From an uncultured Acidimicrobiales bacterium (GTDB lineage Bacteria > Actinomycetota > Acidimicrobiia > Acidimicrobiales > SZUA-35), in NCBI GenBank assembly GCA_937922805.1, contig CALAJV010000024.1, forward strand, positions 1,942 to 65,941: 64,000 bases of DNA. The letters run 5' to 3'. Below are positions 59,043-64,000 of the stretch, in pieces (the first letter of the stretch is position 1; each line of letters starts with the position of its first letter). Made by a program: the position numbers and the translations under genes. A model generated the notes under the pieces. That model searched no databases, had not been told where the DNA came from, and saw nothing but the letters and a program-made list of their open reading frames with translations.

Positions 59043-59714
59043 ATGGAACGGGTCGACGAAAAGCAACGTTCGGCTCCGCTACCTCTCTCATTGTTTGCCG
59101 TTGGTGAGCCAGCTCTGGGATCGTCAATAGTGTTTGAACGGATCCAACTTGACCCCTGTTGTTGGGTTGATCTTGTCTCTGGCTTTTTGGTAGGTGCCGA
59201 TGCTTTGTTTGCTCAGGTCGAACAGGAGCTGGATTGGTTCCGGGGTCGGCGACTTATGTACGGCACCTGGTATGACGAGCCACGGATGTCGGCCCGTCAC
59301 AACTTGTCCGCGGCTGAAGTACCTTCGGTCGTGTCAGCGGCGGCAAAATATCTCGGGTCTCGCTACGGCCGTCGATTCTCTGGACTGTTTTGCAACTACT
59401 ACCAAACGGGCCAAGACAGCGTTGCTTGGCACGCCGATCGGATTGGTCGTACCAACGTCGATCCATTGGTTGCGATCATCAGTCTTGGGGGGCCACGGGT
59501 TTTCGCCATGCGAGATCAGCGACGAGGCAAACAGGATCACGAAACTACCAAGTCCCCTGGAAAAGCTGGTCGGCCAGAGTTCGGCTTCCGGTGGGAAATG
59601 AAGTCAGGCGATTTACTCGTTATGGGCGGTGCCACTCAACATCATTGGGAGCATGCGGTGCCGAAAGTTAAAGACGCTCCGCCACGAATTAGCCTCACCA
59701 CGAGAGCTGGATAA
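59043..59714 (+). CDS. alkB: Fe(II)/2-oxoglutarate-dependent DNA/RNA dioxygenase AlkB
   Basis: HxD...H triad (WHADRIG ... HHWEHAVP) and the 2OG-binding RISLTTR. The ORF is open from 59022. ATG 59043 (or GTG 59034) is favoured because the earlier codons lie inside the SOS box. Confidence 0.8.
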   Translation: MERVDEKQRSAPLPLSLFAVGEPALGSSIVFERIQLDPCCWVDLVSGFLVGADALFAQVEQELDWFRGRRLMYGTWYDEPRMSARHNLSAAEVPSVVSAAAKYLGSRYGRRFSGLFCNYYQTGQDSVAWHADRIGRTNVDPLVAIISLGGPRVFAMRDQRRGKQDHETTKSPGKAGRPEFGFRWEMKSGDLLVMGGATQHHWEHAVPKVKDAPPRISLTTRAG

Positions 59715-59816
59715 CCTTAGATCGCGTCATGACTGGCGGCACAAGCGGTAGTAGCCCGAGCGCTAAGGAAGCAGTGCCTTATCGATAGCTTCATGACTAG
59801 CGGCATAAGCGGTGCT
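59715..59816. repeat. imperfect ~38-bp direct repeat: the 3' end of the patatin gene is duplicated in the downstream spacer
   Basis: 59715-59752 (CCTTAGATCGCGTCATGACTGGCGGCACAAGCGGTAGT) versus 59777-59816 (CCTTATCGATAGCTTCATGACTAGCGGCATAAGCGGTGCT). On the minus strand these read ...TTACAASHDAI* and ...STAYAASHEAIDK.... Confidence 0.8.
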
Positions 59817-60608
59817 GATGAGTTGCTCGCTTCGGTCGAAGTCGAATGAATGATAGTCCGGAGGCGTAGTCGCAGGCAGTCGAAGGATCGGAACGTTCCC
59901 TGTGAGCAGGTCGCTTGAGTTGGCCGGTTGGTTACGCAACATTATGTGCGAGGCGTGAAGTAGCGAGCCGATCACTGACTTAGGAACTTCTTCGGTGTAG
60001 GTGGCAGGTATGCAGTCAAGGACAATAATCGACTTGGCGCCAGCGTCAATAGCTTGGCGGACTGGTACGTTGGCGGTAACGCCGCCATCGATAAAGTACC
60101 GGCCAAGGTGTTCGACCGGAGGGAAAACCCCCGGGATGGCAGCGCTAGCCTGAAGGGCGATTCTCAAGGGCCCTTCGTTGATAACAACTGTTTGACCAGC
60201 CAAGGCGTCAGTTACTACCACGCCGAGCGATACATTCAGATTCTCGATCTGAGCCACCGGCGTGTAGCGATCAATCATGTCGCCCAAAGGTCCTAGCGAC
60301 GCCAAACTTGGCATGTCGCGATGGAGGCCAGCCCTAATTACTTCTCGAATTGCCCTTATGCGACCCTCGCCGCCCAACAACTCAGATCGGCTCATTTTTG
60401 ACCAGATCTCGATCAGTTTTTCTGGCGCCGTCGAGGGGTCGGAAGCGAATAGCGCTCCGTTGAGAGCGCCCACGGAGGTACCGACAATGAGATCGGGTTG
60501 AATTTCATGCTCGGCCAAGGCCTGCAACATCCCAGCCTGGGTTGCCCCGTAGGAGCCCCCGCCTGACAACACGAATGCAAGCGGCCGAGGCCATTTGCTC
60601 AATACCAT
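59763..60608 (-). CDS. patatin-like phospholipase
   Basis: LSGGGSYGATQAG, nucleophile GTSVGA, and FIDGGV. Confidence 0.85.
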   Translation of the reverse strand: MVLSKWPRPLAFVLSGGGSYGATQAGMLQALAEHEIQPDLIVGTSVGALNGALFASDPSTAPEKLIEIWSKMSRSELLGGEGRIRAIREVIRAGLHRDMPSLASLGPLGDMIDRYTPVAQIENLNVSLGVVVTDALAGQTVVINEGPLRIALQASAAIPGVFPPVEHLGRYFIDGGVTANVPVRQAIDAGAKSIIVLDCIPATYTEEVPKSVIGSLLHASHIMLRNQPANSSDLLTGNVPILRLPATTPPDYHSFDFDRSEQLISTAYAASHEAIDKALLP

Positions 60609-60635
60609 TTAGCTACCATACTTATTACCACCTGT

Positions 60636-61343
60636 TTATTCCTCATCTAGTTTAGACCTCGAAGAATCTTGGCGTAGGTGAGCAAATGAGGGAGCGGTCT
60701 CGAATCGTTGCCACCGGTGGAGAACCCTCAGCTGGCCGTGCCGTGAGCGACCCACCACCGGGTCGCTTGAGTCGAAGGACTTGGCGTCGTCGAATTGTGT
60801 TTGCTTGGCTCCTCGAATCTCACTAGTAAAATAGTGCCCTTGGCTTGGCTGATCATGGCACCGATCGATCGGTACACGAGCCAGATGACAGTAAAGTAAA
60901 GTGCCTACTCCGCCATGTCCAACGACGATGATGTCGGACCCGTCTTTGGCCGACTTGGTGAGCTCCATAATCTCGGCCACTATGCGGCGCTGGGCGTCGA
61001 TCGCTCGCTCCCACCCCAGTATCGATTCGTTTGGAGAGCTGAAGAAAGCCGTAGCCAGCTCTTCAAACCGATTTGGTGGAACGAATCCGGTTGCTGACCG
61101 ATCGTTTTCTCCCAAGTCGGGGCGGGCTGCAACGTCGAGGCCAAGACCCTGACCCAAAATGGAAGCCGTTTGTATCGCTTTCGCCTCGGTGCTGCAGTAA
61201 ATTCGCGAAGCGCGGTGAAGGCACGCCGCCGAAACGAGTGCCATGGTTCGTTGCCGGCCAACCTCACTCAGTTCCCATTCGGTGATTTCGGTTTCGGGAT
61301 CGACGACCACCTCGGGGTGGCTTAGATAGAAAAGATAACTCAT
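60636..61343 (-). CDS. histidine phosphatase (phosphoglycerate mutase-like) family protein
   Basis: The likely start is ATG 61343 (MSYLFYLSHPEVVVD). A later VVGHGGVGTLL motif is present. The family RHG motif is replaced by SHP, so the call is tentative. Confidence 0.6.
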   Translation of the reverse strand: MSYLFYLSHPEVVVDPETEITEWELSEVGRQRTMALVSAACLHRASRIYCSTEAKAIQTASILGQGLGLDVAARPDLGENDRSATGFVPPNRFEELATAFFSSPNESILGWERAIDAQRRIVAEIMELTKSAKDGSDIIVVGHGGVGTLLYCHLARVPIDRCHDQPSQGHYFTSEIRGAKQTQFDDAKSFDSSDPVVGRSRHGQLRVLHRWQRFETAPSFAHLRQDSSRSKLDEE

Positions 61344-61592
61344 GGTGAGATACCAGCTTGTGCTGATCGCTGTCCTAACCCGTCCTGAGGCACGTCTACC
61401 CGCCGAATGCTTGATCGGCCAAAGTGCTCGCACCCGTGCTTTTTGTCTCTACTAGCACCCGCCACCAATTGTTCATACTAGTCGGACGGTATCGGGACCC
61501 GCCGCGGTTCCCGAAACCGGCGAGGGGGCTGAAATTGGCTAGGAATAGCGTCAACGGGAGCATCTTGTCCCATCAAAAGATAAATTGCGGCC

Positions 61593-63305
61593 ATGACTGG
61601 AAACGCACCGACTGGAAACGCACTTAACCGGTATTCCTCGCGTATTACCCAACCCCCGAGCCAGGGCGGGTCTCAAGCGATGCTTTACGCAACGGGTTTA
61701 TCACCCGCTGACCTAGACAAGGCTCAGGTGGGAATCGCAGCCTGCTGGTATGAAGGAAATCCGTGCAACATGCATTTGGCCGACTTGGCCGACCAGGTGA
61801 AGCAAGGAGTGACTGAGGCCGACCTCATCGGAATGCGGTTCAACACCATTGGTGTCTCCGACGGTATGTCGATGGGGACCGATGGCATGTCTTACTCCTT
61901 GCAGAGCCGCGACTTAATCGCTGATTCAATCGAGACAGTTGTTGGGGCGCAATGGTACGACGGTCTCGTTACCTTGCCCGGCTGCGACAAGAATATGCCA
62001 GGCGTGGTCATGGCAATGGGACGTCTCGACCGCCCCGCCATTATGGTTTACGGCGGAACAATCCAGCCTGGTTGCGCCACCGTTGGCGGAGTCGAGGAGA
62101 AGCTCGATATAGTCTCAGCTTTCCAGAGCTATGGGCAGTCTATTGCGGGCACCATTACCGAAGAGGACCGTTTAGCCATTGTGGCCAACGCATGCCCGGG
62201 GGCTGGCGCTTGCGGCGGAATGTATACCGCTAACACGATGGCCACTGCGATTGAGGTTATGGGCCTCTCGTTGCCTTACTCGTCGTGTACACCAGCGCTC
62301 GATGGAGCAAAAGCGGATGAGTGTGTTGCCGCTGGTCGGGCAATGCGGGGATTGTTGGAACAAGATCTGACTCCACGAAAGCTCGTAACCCGACAGTCAC
62401 TTGAGAACGCGATGGTCGTCGTTATGGCCCTTGGTGGGTCGACCAACGCTGTACTCCACCTCATCGCGATCGCCCATTCGTTCGGCCTTGAGCTATCTAT
62501 CGACGATTGGTTGGCTACAGCATCGCGAGTTCCACTCTTGGCCGATTTGAAGCCGTCCGGTAAGTACGTTATGGAAGAGCTCCATCAGGTTGGCGGCGTG
62601 CCCGGCGTAATGAAGTATCTGTTGGCCGAGGGTTTTCTAGACGGTTCGCAAATGACTGTGACCGGCAAATCAATCGGCGAGAACCTTGATGGACTAGATG
62701 AGTTGGCATCTGATCAAGAGATCGTGGCCAAACTCGAATCGTCAGTCAAGTCGCGTGGACACATAAGTATTCTGCGCGGGAACCTTGCGCCCGGAGGCGC
62801 AGTTGGAAAGATAACTGGCAAAGAAGGCCTAAGGTTTAGCGGTCCGGCCCGCGTGTTCGATTCAGAAGAGGACATGTTGGCCGGCCTCGAACAAGGTCGG
62901 ATAGCGTCTGGCGACGTCATCGTGATCCGGTACGAAGGTCCGAAGGGCGGCCCGGGGATGCCAGAGATGCTTACGCCAACTAGCGCGCTTGCCGGAGCCG
63001 GGTTTCTCGACGACGTGGCTCTGATCACCGATGGTCGGTTCTCCGGCGGCAGCCACGGTTTCATAATTGGGCATGTCGTGCCAGAGGCTCAAGAGGGTGG
63101 TCCGATAGCGTTGGTCAAAGACGGAGACACGATCACGATTGATGACGAGACCCATGTTATCGAAATAGATGTAGCTGATGATGAGCTAAACGAGCGAGCA
63201 TCGAGTTGGAAGGCGCCAGCGTTCAAAGCGTCGTCGGGCACGCTTTGGAAGTACATCAAGTGTGTTGAAGACGCTAGTCATGGTTGCATTACCGACGGGG
63301 TCTAG
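61593..63305 (+). CDS. ilvD: dihydroxy-acid dehydratase
   Basis: 570 aa with [31 protein letters not shown] and a C-terminal ...GCITD. Confidence 0.95.
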   Translation: MTGNAPTGNALNRYSSRITQPPSQGGSQAMLYATGLSPADLDKAQVGIAACWYEGNPCNMHLADLADQVKQGVTEADLIGMRFNTIGVSDGMSMGTDGMSYSLQSRDLIADSIETVVGAQWYDGLVTLPGCDKNMPGVVMAMGRLDRPAIMVYGGTIQPGCATVGGVEEKLDIVSAFQSYGQSIAGTITEEDRLAIVANACPGAGACGGMYTANTMATAIEVMGLSLPYSSCTPALDGAKADECVAAGRAMRGLLEQDLTPRKLVTRQSLENAMVVVMALGGSTNAVLHLIAIAHSFGLELSIDDWLATASRVPLLADLKPSGKYVMEELHQVGGVPGVMKYLLAEGFLDGSQMTVTGKSIGENLDGLDELASDQEIVAKLESSVKSRGHISILRGNLAPGGAVGKITGKEGLRFSGPARVFDSEEDMLAGLEQGRIASGDVIVIRYEGPKGGPGMPEMLTPTSALAGAGFLDDVALITDGRFSGGSHGFIIGHVVPEAQEGGPIALVKDGDTITIDDETHVIEIDVADDELNERASSWKAPAFKASSGTLWKYIKCVEDASHGCITDGV

Positions 63306-63358
63306 GTTCCGGCAACGAAGCTGCAATCGTCTAGGTCGGTGCATAGAGAAGTGGTAGA

Positions 63359-63400
63359 GAGAGCCTCGGCCAGTTTGGTCGAGGCTCTCCCTTTTCCTTT
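63359..63400 (+). terminator. rho-independent terminator downstream of ilvD
   Basis: A 10-bp perfect stem GAGAGCCTCG (63359-63368) / CGAGGCTCTC (63380-63389), followed by the T-rich CCTTTTCCTTT. Confidence 0.6.
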
Positions 63401-63542
63401 GACGCTACGCCGAGAAAATCGGAGCCTAACGGTGAACCGGTAACGCCCAACGCGTACTGGCGAGCGGTTGGGGCGGGCTTTACGCTTTCAACCGGCGTGT
63501 GAGCTGGTTGAATTGGTTGAACTTGCTGCCAAACTGGCGACT

Positions 63543-64000
63543 ATGACCTCACTTTCTTCGTCTGATACTCGAACCATCTCATCAGTAGCGGTACTCGGTT
63601 GCGGAACCATGGGATCTGGTATCGCTACTGTTTCGGCTGCTGCCGGATGCAGTGTTCTGATGCTTGATCTCACCGCTGAGGCGGCTGAGAAGGGAGCGAG
63701 CGCAGTTCCAGAGGAGCATCGAGACCTGATCTCGACCGGAACCTTCGAAGATGACATGGACAAGATTGCAAACTGCGACTGGATCTGCGAAGTAATTGTC
63801 GAAGACCTTGAAATCAAGCGCTCGTTGTTTGAGAAAGTAGAGGCAGCGCGCCGCGATGGCTCGATCGTCACGTCGAACACGTCGGGAATCCTCCTCAAAG
63901 AAATTACCAAAGGCTTCGACGAGCGATTATGCCAGGATGTGGCCATAACTCATTTCTTTAACCCGGTGACGGTTATGAAACTGCTAGAGCTTGTGCCGGG
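63543..64000 (+). CDS. 3-hydroxyacyl-CoA dehydrogenase (NAD-binding N-terminal part); 3' end beyond the window
   Basis: This ORF is not in the ORF track because it has no stop in the window. My own translation from ATG 63543 gives MTSLSSSDTRTISSVAVLGCGTMGSGIA...IVTSNTSG...ITHFFNPVTVMKLLELVP, with a Rossmann GxGxxG and HFFNP motifs. Confidence 0.8.
   Translation, partial: MTSLSSSDTRTISSVAVLGCGTMGSGIATVSAAAGCSVLMLDLTAEAAEKGASAVPEEHRDLISTGTFEDDMDKIANCDWICEVIVEDLEIKRSLFEKVEAARRDGSIVTSNTSGILLKEITKGFDERLCQDVAITHFFNPVTVMKLLELVP

Noticed and set aside
63488-63946. 152-aa minus-strand ORF at the window end
   Set aside because: The opposite strand encodes a clear 3-hydroxyacyl-CoA dehydrogenase N-terminus (GCGTMGSGIA, SNTSG, HFFNP). 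It was missed by the track only because it has no in-window stop.

Overview
This is a 64-kb, moderately GC-rich chromosomal window, densely coding on both strands. I support about 58 protein genes. By eye I found no rRNA, tRNA, CRISPR array, transposase or integrase. Several features point to an Actinomycetota genome, possibly Acidimicrobiia (inference only): the backbone order iscS-mnmA-tsaC, ligA, gatCAB, ilvD; a PASTA-domain Ser/Thr kinase; a PspC-domain histidine kinase; and a Gram-positive-type LexA box. About 37 kb of more variable genes sit between the housekeeping blocks. They encode envelope and lipid functions, transporters, regulators and small-molecule enzymes. The most interesting locus is a three-gene co-directional module at 30377-38134. 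It encodes a YqiJ/NfeD-like membrane protein, a flotillin (SPFH) protein and a 1,642-aa protein. The third protein has one MoxR/midasin-like AAA+ module near its C-terminus and no characterised counterpart that I can name. Other observations worth a second look:
- a perfect LexA/SOS box over the -10 region of a probably leaderless alkB
- tandem 61-bp palindrome-bearing repeats between two convergent genes
- a PspC-type envelope-stress module (kinase, LuxR regulator, PspC/LiaF-like protein, small membrane protein)
- an ECF sigma factor translationally coupled to an SH3b-bearing membrane protein
- a MocR/PdxR-like regulator with palindromic candidate operators, divergent from a PNPOx-like/DJ-1 gene pair
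- a cluster of lipid-acting enzymes (two patatins and a PLD-membrane protein-thioesterase operon)
- an orphan form-II CoxL-like molybdoenzyme subunit
- a stand-alone creatinase homologue
- a vestigial duplicate of a patatin gene's 3' end
All functional calls come from motif and family recognition by eye. No database search was run.
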